From Candidatus Binataceae bacterium (GTDB lineage: Bacteria; Desulfobacterota; Binatia; Binatales; Binataceae), in assembly GCA_030038355.1 (NCBI GenBank), contig JASHPB010000273.1, positions 5,183-69,182 of the forward strand: a stretch of DNA of 64,000 nt, in the 5' to 3' direction. Position numbers and translations under genes: made by a program. How positions within the stretch are numbered: the stretch's first letter is position 1; every line of letters starts with the position of its first letter. The notes under the pieces were generated by a model that saw nothing but the letters and a program-made list of their open reading frames with translations, made no database searches and was not told the DNA's origin. Shown piece by piece: positions 1 to 9,927 of the stretch.

Positions 1-1702
1 CGCGTTCTTTCATCGTTAGAGTCATCACCAAAGGCTGAGTAGTCGAAATCTGCTCAGGACGATCGTGCACCAGCCAACTGGGATCGACCGAAAACGTTTC
101 GCTCTCGCAAAGAATAACCGATCGCTCGACGATATTTTGCAACTCGCGAACGTTTCCAGGCCATGGATAAGATCGCAGAAGCTCCAGCGTGCTCTTGTTG
201 ATGTTCTTCAGTTTCTTGCCCGACGCGATCGCGTAACGATTGATGAAGTACTCGACCAGTATCGGTATGTCGTCAGCGCGCTTACGCAGGGGCGGAAGTT
301 CGATTGGAAAGACGTTGAGGCGGTAGAAAAGATCGCTGCGGAAGGTGCCCGCTGTGATCGCGGTGCTCAGGTTGCGATTCGTTGCCGCTATCACACGAAC
401 GTCAGAGCGAATCATACGATCCCCGCCGACGCGCTCGAACTCGCGCTCCTGGAGAACACGCAGCAATGCTAGCTGCGTCTCCACCGGAAGTTCACCCACC
501 TCGTCGAGGAAAAGCGTGCCGCCTTCGGCCATCTCGAAACGGCCGATGCGGCGCTGCAGGGCTCCCGTGAAAGCACCCTTCTCGTGACCAAACAACTCGG
601 ACGCGATCAGCGATTGAGGAATCGCGGAACAATTCACACTGACGAATGCGCGCTCTGCACGCGACGATCGTTTATGAATCGCGCGCGCGATTAGCTCTTT
701 GCCGGTTCCGGTTTCGCCCGTTATGAGCACGGTCGAATCAGTGGGAGCAACTTTGCCGACGCGCGCGAGAACATCGCCGAGAGCGGCAGAGTTGCCGATG
801 ATCTCCTCGAACATGGAGGCCTTGTCGACTTCCTCTCGGAGCGCAAGATTTTCGTTCTGTACTCTGCTCTCTGCGTCCTTGCGATCCTGGATTTCCATGC
901 CCGTCGAATACCATCGAAGGATGCGCCCGGCGCTGTCGCGCAGCGGAAAGAAACGTACCACAAACCACCGATACAGACCGTCTTTGCCCAGAATTCGTGT
1001 TTCGAATTCGTAAGTCTCACCTTTAAAGATCGGATCGCCGGTTCTGATCCTGTCGATGTCATCGGGATGGATCATTCTTCGCTCGTAGTCTTCCGCCTGA
1101 AATTCTTCGAGAGTTATGCCTGAATACTCGAGCGCGACTCGATTTGCCCAGAGACGGCGTCCGTCGGGCCCGATAATCGCGACCTGCTGGGGAGCGTAGT
1201 CGAGGACGTCGCGCAGTTCTCTTTCCGCGCGCTTCAGTTCCTCGATGTCAGTGTTAGTACCATACCATCTGACGATCGTGTCCTGCTCGTCGCGAAAGGG
1301 TTCGGCGCGGAAAAGAAACCAGCGATACTTGCCGTCGAAGCGCCTTATGCGCGCCTCCGCCTCTCCGGGTTTTCCGGATGCCAGTATTGCTCGCCAGGTC
1401 GCGAGCAGCGCGTCGAGATCTTCAGGATGAATCGGTTGCTGCCATCCCGATCCGAAGGCTTGTTCCAGCGAGAGGCCGACATATTCGAGCCAGCGCCTGT
1501 TCAGAAATTCAACTGTGCCGTCGGGGAACGCGCACCAGGCGAGGGTGGGAATCGTATCGATCATCACGCGCAATTGTGATTGCGAGGGATTGACCGATCT
1601 GAATAGGGGTATGGCTTTGGCTAACTGGTCACTGGCATTGGTCGGAAGACCGGTCGCAAGTGAGAAATCGCCTCCGAAATTGGACTCCTTGTGAATATCC
1701 AT
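1..1702 (-). CDS. Sigma-54-dependent transcriptional activator (PAS-PAS-AAA+); 3' end (HTH) runs off the window
   Basis: Absent from the ORF track because it is open at the window edge. Reverse translation in a single frame gives MDIHKESNFGG.... It has two PAS-like blocks (RRFDGKYRWFLFRAEPFRDEQDTIVRWYGTNTDIEE; ILGKDGLYRWFVVRFFPLRDSAGRILRWYSTGMEIQD), Walker A GETGTGKE (about 694-718), GAFTGA, and PWPGNVRELQN near position 150. GGAGGA lies 6 nt upstream of the ATG at 1702. Confidence 0.85.
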   Translation of the reverse strand, partial: MDIHKESNFGGDFSLATGLPTNASDQLAKAIPLFRSVNPSQSQLRVMIDTIPTLAWCAFPDGTVEFLNRRWLEYVGLSLEQAFGSGWQQPIHPEDLDALLATWRAILASGKPGEAEARIRRFDGKYRWFLFRAEPFRDEQDTIVRWYGTNTDIEELKRAERELRDVLDYAPQQVAIIGPDGRRLWANRVALEYSGITLEEFQAEDYERRMIHPDDIDRIRTGDPIFKGETYEFETRILGKDGLYRWFVVRFFPLRDSAGRILRWYSTGMEIQDRKDAESRVQNENLALREEVDKASMFEEIIGNSAALGDVLARVGKVAPTDSTVLITGETGTGKELIARAIHKRSSRAERAFVSVNCSAIPQSLIASELFGHEKGAFTGALQRRIGRFEMAEGGTLFLDEVGELPVETQLALLRVLQEREFERVGGDRMIRSDVRVIAATNRNLSTAITAGTFRSDLFYRLNVFPIELPPLRKRADDIPILVEYFINRYAIASGKKLKNINKSTLELLRSYPWPGNVRELQNIVERSVILCESETFSVDPSWLVHDRPEQISTTQPLVMTLTMKER

Positions 1703-1845
1703 GTGATCCTCCGGCGCCAGGCGGCAGAAGTCGCCCAGGAACGATTTGTCGCTTTGGTTCGCAACATGGAAAGTAACTTCACGCCAGTTTCATCCACGCC
1801 AATCAGCAAGCTGGTTAAATTCGATCCGCCGATTGTTGATCGTCC

Positions 1846-2229
1846 TTAGGCGTTGAGTGCCGATTGCAGCGCATCGATCAGGGCATCGTCGCTGAAGGGC
1901 TTAGACAGGAATCGTACAGCTCCCGCCTGCATCGCCTGTTGTTGTGTTTTCTGGTCCCAGTGAGCCGTGATGAAGATAATTGGAATCGGATGGCTGGCAA
2001 CTAGGTGCCGCTGCAACTCGATGCCATCCATTTCTGGCATGCTAACATCGAGGATCGCGCAGTCCACGCTTGGAAACTCGGGAGACTCGAGGAAGCTTCG
2101 CGCCGAGCCGAAGGTAGCCGCATCGAACCCCATCGACTCGAGCAGGCTCTCGAGTGCCTCACAGACTGATTGGTCGTCATCGACGACCGCAATCAAAGCG
2201 TGCTTAAGACTTTTTTCTTGTGCGGTCAT
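1846..2229 (-). CDS. Single-domain response regulator (CheY-like receiver)
   Basis: 127-aa ORF with receiver motifs VVDDD, ILDVSMPEMDG and SKPF, and no output domain. Confidence 0.85.
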   Translation of the reverse strand: MTAQEKSLKHALIAVVDDDQSVCEALESLLESMGFDAATFGSARSFLESPEFPSVDCAILDVSMPEMDGIELQRHLVASHPIPIIFITAHWDQKTQQQAMQAGAVRFLSKPFSDDALIDALQSALNA

Positions 2230-2318
2230 CGTGGGAACGAGACAAACTTATCCCCACAACGCAATTGATTTCTATTATACGTTGGTATAGCGAAGCGAAA
2301 CTCTTTGGTGAGAGCGGA

Positions 2319-2945
2319 TTAGCTTTTCTCTGCGGCGATTCTGAGCCGCTCCGTCATCCGCACCAGCTCCGCCAGCGACGCAGCTCCCATTTTCCTCATC
2401 ACTTGGCCGCGATGGATTTTCACGGTGATCTCGCTGATTCCAAGCTCTCCCGCGACCTGCTTGTTGAGGAGTCCCGCCGCGACAAGATCCAGCACTTCTC
2501 TTTCGCGCGCCGTGAGCTCTTCGAAACGACTGCGCAGGTCTTGGATTTCGCCACGCTCCCGCTGCACTTGGCGATCGCGCACGAGCGCCTGCTGAATTGC
2601 ATCCAGCAGATCCTGATCGCGGAAGGGCTTGGTGAGAAACTCGATCGCACCGGCCTTCATGGCACGCACAGACATGGGGATGTCGCCGTGGCCGGTGACG
2701 AAGATGATCGGTAGGTTGATGTCGTGAGCGGCCAGTTCCCGTTGCAGGTCGAGGCCGCTCAGCCCCGGCAGCCGCACGTCCAGCACGGCACACCCGGGAA
2801 CGTCGTGGCGCCCGCTATTCAGAAAGTCCTGCGCGCTTTCGAAGGTCTCGACGTTCAACCCTACCGATTGGATCAGACCGGCGATCGCCTCGCGAACCGA
2901 GACGTCGTCGTCGACCACGAAGACCACCGGCGAGCGCTCGTTCAT
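2319..2945 (-). CDS. FixJ/LuxR-family response regulator
   Basis: 208 aa. N-terminal receiver ([19 protein letters not shown]) plus a C-terminal LuxR-type HTH ([36 protein letters not shown]). Confidence 0.9.
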   Translation of the reverse strand: MNERSPVVFVVDDDVSVREAIAGLIQSVGLNVETFESAQDFLNSGRHDVPGCAVLDVRLPGLSGLDLQRELAAHDINLPIIFVTGHGDIPMSVRAMKAGAIEFLTKPFRDQDLLDAIQQALVRDRQVQRERGEIQDLRSRFEELTAREREVLDLVAAGLLNKQVAGELGISEITVKIHRGQVMRKMGAASLAELVRMTERLRIAAEKS

Positions 2946-4072
2946 GACCAGGGACCGTTCTTCGATACGGGAAGCGTGAATTGAAAGGTGGCCCCGTGGT
3001 CAGGATTCGACGATACCCACAGGCGGCCGCCGTGCGCAGCGACGATCGAGCGGCTGATCGACAAGCCCATTCCCATACCGCCCTGCTTGGTCGTGAAGAA
3101 TGGGGTGAACAGCCGATCCGCACTGGCTGAATCGATGCCGATGCCGGAATCACGCACTGCGACAAGCACTTGCTCCGCCTCGTGCGGCTCCGATCGGACG
3201 AGAATCTCTCGCGGCCGGTCCTGGACAGGCGCCATCGCTTCGACGCCGTTCATCATCAGGTTGATTACAACTTGTTGCAATTGGACTCTGTCGCCAATCA
3301 CGGGCGGCAGTGCGCGCGCGAAATCCGTGCGCAACGACACGCCCTGGTTCTGAACCTCGCGGCGGACGAGGAGAATCCCTTCCTGGACCACATCGTTGAT
3401 GTCGAGCGGTTCCCTCAGCGGGTCGGTCTTTTTCGCCAGCGCGCGAATTCGCCCGATCACCGCGCTCGCGCGATTCCCGTCTCTGATTGCGCGTTCAATC
3501 GCCGAACGCACCTGGTCCAAGCGCGGCGGATCCTGACTCAGCCATCGAAGCGACGCCTGACCGTTCGTGACCACACCGGCGAGCGGTTGATTGATTTCGT
3601 GAGCGATCGAGGCGGTCAATTCGCCAAGCGTGACAACACGAGTGACACGCGCGAGTTCAATCTGCGCCTGCTGTAACGCTTGCTCGGCCTGGTCCGCTCG
3701 GCGACGTTCTTCACTCTCGCGGAGCGCTGCTGCGAGCCTTCTGCGCTGGGACATCAGAATCGAAGTGATCGATGCAGTTGTGAGAAACGCAACCAGGCAA
3801 ATGACGTCGTACGGATCGTACACGCTGAACGAGAAGAGCGGCTTGGTGAAGAAGTAGTCCAGGCTCATCACCGCGATTGTCGAAACCAAGATTGATGGAA
3901 CGAAACCGCCGGCGATCGCCAACAAGACGACGACGCTGAGAAAGAGGACCGAGACGATCGCGAGATTGATTCGGAGCCGGAAACAAATGAAGGTCAGCAT
4001 CGCGATCGTGACCGCGCCCAGCAGAGTCTGCGCAGCCGAACGCCAAAATGCGCGGGTATCGTTGGCTTTCAT
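2942..4072 (-). CDS. Membrane sensor histidine kinase (FixL-like partner of the downstream regulator)
   Basis: 376 aa. N-terminal hydrophobic helices, H-box [11 protein letters not shown], and ATPase boxes [24 protein letters not shown]. Its stop overlaps the FixJ-like start by 4 nt. Confidence 0.9.
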   Translation of the reverse strand: MKANDTRAFWRSAAQTLLGAVTIAMLTFICFRLRINLAIVSVLFLSVVVLLAIAGGFVPSILVSTIAVMSLDYFFTKPLFSFSVYDPYDVICLVAFLTTASITSILMSQRRRLAAALRESEERRRADQAEQALQQAQIELARVTRVVTLGELTASIAHEINQPLAGVVTNGQASLRWLSQDPPRLDQVRSAIERAIRDGNRASAVIGRIRALAKKTDPLREPLDINDVVQEGILLVRREVQNQGVSLRTDFARALPPVIGDRVQLQQVVINLMMNGVEAMAPVQDRPREILVRSEPHEAEQVLVAVRDSGIGIDSASADRLFTPFFTTKQGGMGMGLSISRSIVAAHGGRLWVSSNPDHGATFQFTLPVSKNGPWS

Positions 4073-4106
4073 TCGCGCTCGGACATTTTCTGCGGTTCAA
4101 CGATGC

Positions 4107-4132
4107 TGTCGCAAGTACGCGCGCTTGCGACA
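4107..4132. promoter_or_regulatory. Perfect 9-bp inverted repeat TGTCGCAAG-N8-CTTGCGACA in a divergent promoter region
   Basis: Read directly from the sequence. It lies 35-60 nt upstream of the kinase ATG (4072, minus strand) and about 125 nt upstream of the ABC ATPase ATG (4258). It is followed by ATTTTC. Candidate operator or 5'-UTR hairpin. Confidence 0.35.
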
Positions 4133-4257
4133 ATTTTCGCTTGCCTAGAGATTACGCCGCGAAAGCGTAGACCTCCACCCCCGAAATTGCGCTGTAACTT
4201 TCGCTCTGCCTTTTGCATCTACGCCGAGGACCCCCAAAGAGCACGTTGTTCGCGGCA

Positions 4258-5283
4258 ATGCATAGACAGCAGTTATTGAGGAAGCAGGATTACGAAGAAG
4301 ATATTCGCTCGTTTAATGCTCCTTCACCGGTTGACAATCAAGGCGAGCGCGCCAGGGCAGTCCTGCGCATCGAGGGCTTGAGCAAAAGCTACGGTGCGAT
4401 CGCGGCGGTCGCCGGCGTGTCATTCGATATCCGCGAGGGCGAAGTGTTTGGCTTGCTCGGGCTGAATGGCGCGGGAAAGACCACGCTGATTTCGATGCTC
4501 GCGACCGAGCAAAGACCGTCGGCCGGCGACGCGGTTCTCCTTGGCCACAGTATCTGTAACGAACGGCGAACAGTTCGGCAGATGATCGGAGTCGCGCCGC
4601 AGGAGATCGCGCTTTATCCGATGTTGACGACGGCCGAAAACCTCCGCTTCATGGGTCGCATTTACGGAATCAAAGCAAGCGAGCTCGAAGAGCGTGTCGA
4701 ACAGCTCCTCGAATCTATCGGGCTCGCCGAGCGCCGCGACGACTACGTCGGTTCGCTTTCCGGCGGTATGAAGCGGCGGGTCAATCTGGCGGCCGCGTTG
4801 GTGCATCAGCCGAAGTTGATTCTGCTCGACGAACCGACCGCCGGCGTCGATCCTGAATCGCGCGATGAGATTCTCAAAATCGTGAGGCGACTCCGCGATG
4901 ATGGCAATGCAATTGTCTACACCACGCACTACATGGAGGAGGCCGAGCATCTCTCTGATCGAATCGGAATTCTTAACAGCGGAAGACTGGTAGCCGCCGG
5001 GACACTGGAAGCGCTCCGCGAGGAGCTCGAATTCTCCGAGGTGATAGAGCTGACCGGTTTCACGGCGGGAATCGATCTGACACCGATGCGAGCGCTTGGC
5101 CAACTCTGTCGTGTAGACCGCGACGAGAAGCGCCTCAGGCTTCTGGTAAAGCGAGCGGCCGATTTTCTCGTGCCGCTGCAGAAGATCATCAGCCGCTCGG
5201 GCAAGTCCATCCAGCTCAAGATCATGCCATTCAGCCTGGAAGATCTTTTTCTTCACCTTGCCCGCAAGGAGGTCAACGGCTAA
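4258..5283 (+). CDS. ABC transporter ATP-binding protein (ABC-2/DrrA-like, with C-terminal extension)
   Basis: Walker A GLNGAGKTT, signature LSGGMKRR, Walker B LILLDEPTAGVD, TTHYMEEA. About 100 aa follow the ABC core. The ORF track starts at TTG 4213; I prefer the first ATG at 4258, but the start is uncertain. Confidence 0.85.
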   Translation: MHRQQLLRKQDYEEDIRSFNAPSPVDNQGERARAVLRIEGLSKSYGAIAAVAGVSFDIREGEVFGLLGLNGAGKTTLISMLATEQRPSAGDAVLLGHSICNERRTVRQMIGVAPQEIALYPMLTTAENLRFMGRIYGIKASELEERVEQLLESIGLAERRDDYVGSLSGGMKRRVNLAAALVHQPKLILLDEPTAGVDPESRDEILKIVRRLRDDGNAIVYTTHYMEEAEHLSDRIGILNSGRLVAAGTLEALREELEFSEVIELTGFTAGIDLTPMRALGQLCRVDRDEKRLRLLVKRAADFLVPLQKIISRSGKSIQLKIMPFSLEDLFLHLARKEVNG

Positions 5284-5870
5284 TGCGCAAGCTATTCGCG
5301 CTTCTCTTAGTATGCCTTTTCGTTGCGATGCCGGCCTGGGCGGCATCGGCGACGCCGCTCGACTATACACGCACGGTTCTGGAGCAGGCGCGCACGATCG
5401 TCGCGGGCGGCCAGACGCATGATGAGAAGTTGGCCGCTCTCTCATCCTTGTTCAGTAGATTCCTGGATAGCGACGCGATGGGACGCGAGGCGCTCGGGCA
5501 ACACTGGTCAACCTTTACGCCCCCGCAGCAGAAGGATTTCCTAAGCTTGTTCCACGAACTGCTCGAGCGCACCTATGTGCAGAAGCTCCTGTTGTTCGAG
5601 AATCCGAATTTCGTTTACGCCGCCCAACAACTGACTGCTGACGGAGCGAGCGTTGATACGAAGATCGTAACGCCACGCGATCAGTTCGATGTCGTATATC
5701 GCCTGAGACCATCGGGCAACATCTGGCTCGTCACTTCGATCAAAGTCGAAGACGTAAGCCTCACTGCCAATCTTGGAAGTCAGCTGGACGATCTGCTGTC
5801 GCGGATGAGCGTCGACGATCTGCTCGCCTTGATGCGGCGCAAGTACGGCAATCCAAGTGGCGAGGCATAA
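5283..5870 (+). CDS. MlaC/Ttg2D-family periplasmic lipid-binding protein homologue
   Basis: 195 aa. Signal peptide MRKLFALLLVCLFVAMPAWA. MlaC-like blocks FLDSDAMGREALGQHW..QQKDF..LF..LLERTY and WLVTSIKVEDVSLTANLGSQL. The ATG overlaps the upstream TAA by 1 nt. Confidence 0.8.
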   Translation: MRKLFALLLVCLFVAMPAWAASATPLDYTRTVLEQARTIVAGGQTHDEKLAALSSLFSRFLDSDAMGREALGQHWSTFTPPQQKDFLSLFHELLERTYVQKLLLFENPNFVYAAQQLTADGASVDTKIVTPRDQFDVVYRLRPSGNIWLVTSIKVEDVSLTANLGSQLDDLLSRMSVDDLLALMRRKYGNPSGEA

Positions 5871-5873
5871 GCG

Positions 5874-6980
5874 GTGAAGACCCTCACAGTGATGCTCAAG
5901 GATCTTCGCCTGATCAGCCGCGACCGCTTCGGTCTTGTCGCGCTGCTCGCCGTGCCAATCGTGGTGATCATGGTGATAGCGGCAGCAACGCAGTCTGGCG
6001 CCGGCAGCAAGAGCATCTTGTTTCCCATCGTCAACGACGACCAGGGGCCGGTCGCGACAGCGCTGATTCGCGCTTTCAACGAACATCTCGATGTGCGCGA
6101 GGTTTCGCGCGCGACGGCACACCATCTGGTGGCCGAGGCAAACGATGCTCCCGCCGCCCTCATCCTGCCGCGCGAGCTGAGCAAGCGTTACCTCGCGCAA
6201 AAGCCGACGACGGTCGAACTGCTAACCGATCCTGCTCAATGGCAAGAACTTGAAGCGATCAAGGTGGTGATGCTGTTGGCTGACCGCGAGACCGCTTCGT
6301 TGGGCGATCCATTCAGTCAGGAATTGCTCAGGCTGCACGAGCGGAACATCACGGGCGACCACGTCTCTTTTTCTTCACTCGATCAAAATATCCCGGGCTT
6401 CAGTCTGATGTTCGTGCTTCTCACTTTGATCTTCAGCGTGTCGCTCGCTCTGCGCGAGGAAGAGGTGTCGGGCACGAGCCGCCGGCTCGCGATTGCGCCT
6501 TTGCCTCCGGCTTCACTCCTTGGCGGAAAATTACTTGCTCGGCTAATCGTTGGGACCGCACAACTGTTGCTACTTCTGCTGTTCGGTCATTTCGTCTATG
6601 GCCTTCGACTCGGACATTCGCCAGTCGCCATAATAGTGGTCGCGGCGGCGGTGGTAACCTCTATGACTTGTTTCGCTGCCGTCGTCGCGGCCTTTGTTCG
6701 CACGCGGGAACAAGCAATTCCGGTAGGTCTGGCGGTAGCATTCGTGCTCGCTGCGCTCGGCGGACTGTTCTGGCCCTTGTACGACCTCCCTCATGCAATG
6801 CAGTCGGTGGCACGATTGCTAATGACCTCGTGGTCAATGTCTGCCATCCAGGATGTGATCTTGCGCGATCGCAATATCGCCGGAATTTCCAAGGAGTTGA
6901 TAGTGCTCTCCGGCTATAGCCTCGCGTTCTTTGCTATTGGCTTGCAGTTATTCCGCTACGGAGAAAAAGCCAAGTCGTGA
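5874..6980 (+). CDS. ABC-2-type transporter permease
   Basis: 368 aa. One N-terminal TM helix, a long loop, then a C-terminal cluster of hydrophobic helices, which is the ABC-2 membrane topology. GTG start 3 nt after the MlaC-like stop. Confidence 0.75.
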   Translation: MKTLTVMLKDLRLISRDRFGLVALLAVPIVVIMVIAAATQSGAGSKSILFPIVNDDQGPVATALIRAFNEHLDVREVSRATAHHLVAEANDAPAALILPRELSKRYLAQKPTTVELLTDPAQWQELEAIKVVMLLADRETASLGDPFSQELLRLHERNITGDHVSFSSLDQNIPGFSLMFVLLTLIFSVSLALREEEVSGTSRRLAIAPLPPASLLGGKLLARLIVGTAQLLLLLLFGHFVYGLRLGHSPVAIIVVAAAVVTSMTCFAAVVAAFVRTREQAIPVGLAVAFVLAALGGLFWPLYDLPHAMQSVARLLMTSWSMSAIQDVILRDRNIAGISKELIVLSGYSLAFFAIGLQLFRYGEKAKS

Positions 6981-6994
6981 CGAGGAATCGCAAG

Positions 6995-7915
6995 ATGTGC
7001 GAATCAACCGGTTGCTCCGTAGAACGGGGGCCGAAGAATGCAATATCGCTAGTCGGCCGCTCGCTTTCGCTGAGTGCGGTTGCGGTCATACTCTTGTTGG
7101 GTATCACTCTTAGCGGATGCTCCGAGCAAAGGAATCAGTCACGAACCACGTATGACCCGGCTGAGGAAGCGGCTATGGCTTCCGATTCGCCATCCCTGTT
7201 TCACGCGCCTGAAGTGCATGAAGGGATAGATTACGATCCTTGGGAATCATTCAACGAAAAGACGTTCTACTTCAACTTCAACATTCTGGATCATTATGCC
7301 TTGAAACCTGCGGCCGAAGGTTGGTCCAAGGCGTTTCCGGACCCGGTGCGACAGAGTTTGGCGAATGCCTTTGACAATCTCGCGATGCCCAGGCGGTTCA
7401 TCAATAAGGTTCTGCAGGGCAGATTTCCAAGCGCGGGAGAAGAACTCGCGCGATTCGTGCTGAACTCGACATTCGGCGTTGCGGGATTGTTCGACGTCGC
7501 ATCCAAGGTAGGTCTCGAGCAGAGCGACGCGGATACGGGCCAGACATTCGCAACCTACGGTATCAAGCCGGGGCCCTATCTGATTCTGCCGGTGCTTCAG
7601 CCGTTCACGGTGCGCGACGCCTTCGGCTACGCGGCGGACTCTTTCATGGACCCGCTCTCACTCTTTGTGACCCCGATATTGGCGGACTTCGGACGCAGCA
7701 CCGCGCAAATCATCAACGAACGCGCGAACAACATGACTATGTATGATGACGTCGAAGACACGTCGCTCGACATGTATGCGGCCGTCCGAAACGGCTATCT
7801 GCAGCGCCGTCGCAAGTCGATAGCGGACGCGATATGTGATCGGGATCGCACCTGGTCGTTTATTTCGAACCGAGCCGAGCTCGATAGCGAATATGCCTGC
7901 GCCGCTGATCGGTGA
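6995..7915 (+). CDS. MlaA/VacJ-family outer-membrane lipoprotein homologue
   Basis: Lipobox LSGC. VacJ-like core DPWESFNEKTFYFNFNILDHYALKP, FGVAGLFDVAS, QTFATYGIKPGPYLILPVLQPFTVRD. GAGGAA lies 7 nt before ATG 6995. The alternative GTG at 6977 overlaps the permease stop. Confidence 0.85.
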   Translation: MCESTGCSVERGPKNAISLVGRSLSLSAVAVILLLGITLSGCSEQRNQSRTTYDPAEEAAMASDSPSLFHAPEVHEGIDYDPWESFNEKTFYFNFNILDHYALKPAAEGWSKAFPDPVRQSLANAFDNLAMPRRFINKVLQGRFPSAGEELARFVLNSTFGVAGLFDVASKVGLEQSDADTGQTFATYGIKPGPYLILPVLQPFTVRDAFGYAADSFMDPLSLFVTPILADFGRSTAQIINERANNMTMYDDVEDTSLDMYAAVRNGYLQRRRKSIADAICDRDRTWSFISNRAELDSEYACAADR

Positions 7916-7926
7916 GAATTTCTACA

Positions 7927-7975
7927 CCACCAGCGTAGGTCTTCTGCCAAGGTGGACTGGTGGAGCCCTCTTTTT
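7927..7975 (+). terminator. Possible rho-independent terminator after the MlaA-like gene
   Basis: CCACCAG ... CTGGTGG stem (7 bp, about 23-nt loop) followed by CCCTCTTTTT. The loop is long, so this is weak. Confidence 0.35.
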
Positions 7976-8086
7976 GAATATTTAGTCCAATCAGTTGATG
8001 GAACTGGAAACGAGAACTGTAACCAGGCAAGCGGCTAATGGACGATGAATTTGCCTCGGTCTTGAACCAGATCTTAGGGAATAATC

Positions 8087-9808
8087 ATGGCGACTGTCGC
8101 TGAAGTCCTAGTGAAGACTCTTGCCGAAGCCGGAGTGAAGCGGATCTATGGAATAGTTGGCGATTCGCTCAATGGAATTACCGAGGCGCTCCGACACCAC
8201 AAATCGATTCAATGGATCCATGTACGCCATGAAGAGGTCGCCGCATTTGCGGCTGGCGCAGATGCACACGTGACCGACGAATTGGCCGTGTGCGCCGGAA
8301 GCTGCGGCCCAGGCAACCTGCATCTCATCAACGGACTGTTCGACTGTCATCGCAGCGGACTACCGGTCCTAGCGATTGCAGCTCAGATCCCCAGTTACGA
8401 AATCGGCTCGGGTTATTTTCAGGAAACTCATCCCGAGGTTCTGTTCAAAGATTGCAGTCACTCTTGCCAGGTCATCTCAACGCCGGCACAGATGCCTCGA
8501 GCACTTGAGACCGCGATGACTCATGCTATCGGGCAACGCGGAGTCGCCGTCATAGTGATCCCCGGCGATATCGCTCTTGAGCGGGCTCAAAGTGACACGA
8601 CTTTGCCTTACCACAAGCCCTCGCGTGCTCGTGTCTGCCCTCCCGATTCGGAGCTTGATCAACTTGGCGACCTCCTGAACAATTCGGATCGAGTTACCCT
8701 TCTGTGCGGCAGCGGATGCGCGGACGCGCATGCCGAACTGCTGAGACTCGCAGCAGCGCTCAAATCCCCGATCGTGCATTCGCTCCGAGGTGCGGAGTAC
8801 GTCGCGTACAACAATCCCTACGACGTCGGCCTGACGGGCCTTATTGGCTTCTCGTCAGGCTACTACGCGATGCTGGGTTGTGACGCACTTCTAATGCTCG
8901 GGACCGATTTCCCTTATCGGCAGTTCTATCCGACCGACGCCAAGATCGCACAGGTCGATAACCGCGCGGAGAAGCTTGGCAATCGTGTTCCGTTAACCAT
9001 CGGATTGGTCGGCGATGTTGCCGCAACTATCGGCGCCTTGCTGCCGCGGTTGCATCCCAAGAATGATCGCACATTTCTTGATAAAGCGGTCAAACATTAC
9101 CAAAGCGCTCGGGCAGAGCTCGACGAGCTTGCCGCCGGTAGCGCCGGCCACAAGCCTATCCATCCTCAGTACGTGGCGAAGGCATTGAGCGACGCCGCGG
9201 CTGAAGACGCCATCTTCACGTGCGATGTCGGAACACCGTCAATCTGGGCAGCTCGCTACCTGAAGATGAATGGCAAGAGGCGCCTGCTCGGTTCCTTCAA
9301 TCACGGCTCGATGGCGAATGCATTGCCACAGGCGATCGGCGCTCAAGCCGCTTTTTCAGGCCGCCAGGTCGTTTCAATGTCGGGCGACGGCGGCTTCACG
9401 ATGCTGATGGGCGATATTCTCACGCTGGTTCAGATGGAGTTGCCGGTCAAGGTAATCGTCTTTCACAACTCAAAGCTTGGCTTCGTGGATATGGAGCAAA
9501 AGGTAGCTGGGTTTTTACCTGTTGGCGTCGATCTGAAAAACCCTGACTTCGCGAAAATGGCAAACACGATCGGCATTTTTGGAGTTCGTGTAGAAGATCC
9601 TGCGGCGTTGCTGGAAGGCATGTCAGAGGTACTTAACTATCGAGGGCCGGCCCTGCTTGATGTTCTGACCAATCCATTCGAGCTGTCGATGCCGCCGAAG
9701 GTTGATTTTGAGGAAGCCTACGGATTCAGCCTGTTTATGCTGAAGGCGGTATTGAATGGACGGGGAAGCGAACTGATCCAACTGGCGAAAACAAACATCT
9801 TTAGATGA
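8087..9808 (+). CDS. poxB: Pyruvate dehydrogenase (quinone) / pyruvate oxidase, TPP-dependent
   Basis: 573 aa. It matches E. coli PoxB as I recall it in long blocks: GVKRI.G..GDSLNG, RHEEVAAFAAGA, LAVCAGSCGPGNLHLINGLFDCHR, PVLAIAAQIPS.EIGSGYFQETHP. It also has the TPP motif GDGGF...N. Confidence 0.88.
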   Translation: MATVAEVLVKTLAEAGVKRIYGIVGDSLNGITEALRHHKSIQWIHVRHEEVAAFAAGADAHVTDELAVCAGSCGPGNLHLINGLFDCHRSGLPVLAIAAQIPSYEIGSGYFQETHPEVLFKDCSHSCQVISTPAQMPRALETAMTHAIGQRGVAVIVIPGDIALERAQSDTTLPYHKPSRARVCPPDSELDQLGDLLNNSDRVTLLCGSGCADAHAELLRLAAALKSPIVHSLRGAEYVAYNNPYDVGLTGLIGFSSGYYAMLGCDALLMLGTDFPYRQFYPTDAKIAQVDNRAEKLGNRVPLTIGLVGDVAATIGALLPRLHPKNDRTFLDKAVKHYQSARAELDELAAGSAGHKPIHPQYVAKALSDAAAEDAIFTCDVGTPSIWAARYLKMNGKRRLLGSFNHGSMANALPQAIGAQAAFSGRQVVSMSGDGGFTMLMGDILTLVQMELPVKVIVFHNSKLGFVDMEQKVAGFLPVGVDLKNPDFAKMANTIGIFGVRVEDPAALLEGMSEVLNYRGPALLDVLTNPFELSMPPKVDFEEAYGFSLFMLKAVLNGRGSELIQLAKTNIFR

Positions 9809-9927
9809 GGACTAGCGGAATCGCCGACAGATTCCGGCGAGCGCACCAAAACCTTCAAGTAAACTCGTCGGACTCGAACCCGAGCTGACCAATTTCGTCA
9901 CCAACTTGTGACGCACTTCCTCCTTCT

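Noticed and set aside
2274-2279. Perfect TATAAT (minus strand) 45 nt upstream of the CheY-like gene start
   Set aside because: There is no acceptable -35 element at 16-18 nt spacing. A single hexamer is expected by chance.
4420-6200. Minus-strand ORFs of 341 aa (4420-5445) and 219 aa (5541-6200)
   Set aside because: They are shadows of the ABC ATPase, MlaC-like and permease genes.
9855-9925. tRNA-like T-arm sequence (GGTTCGAGTCC on the minus strand) upstream of the SDR gene, a possible att scar
   Set aside because: The T-stem does not pair correctly, and there is no matching acceptor or anticodon arm. It does not duplicate the 3' end of any of the four tRNAs here.
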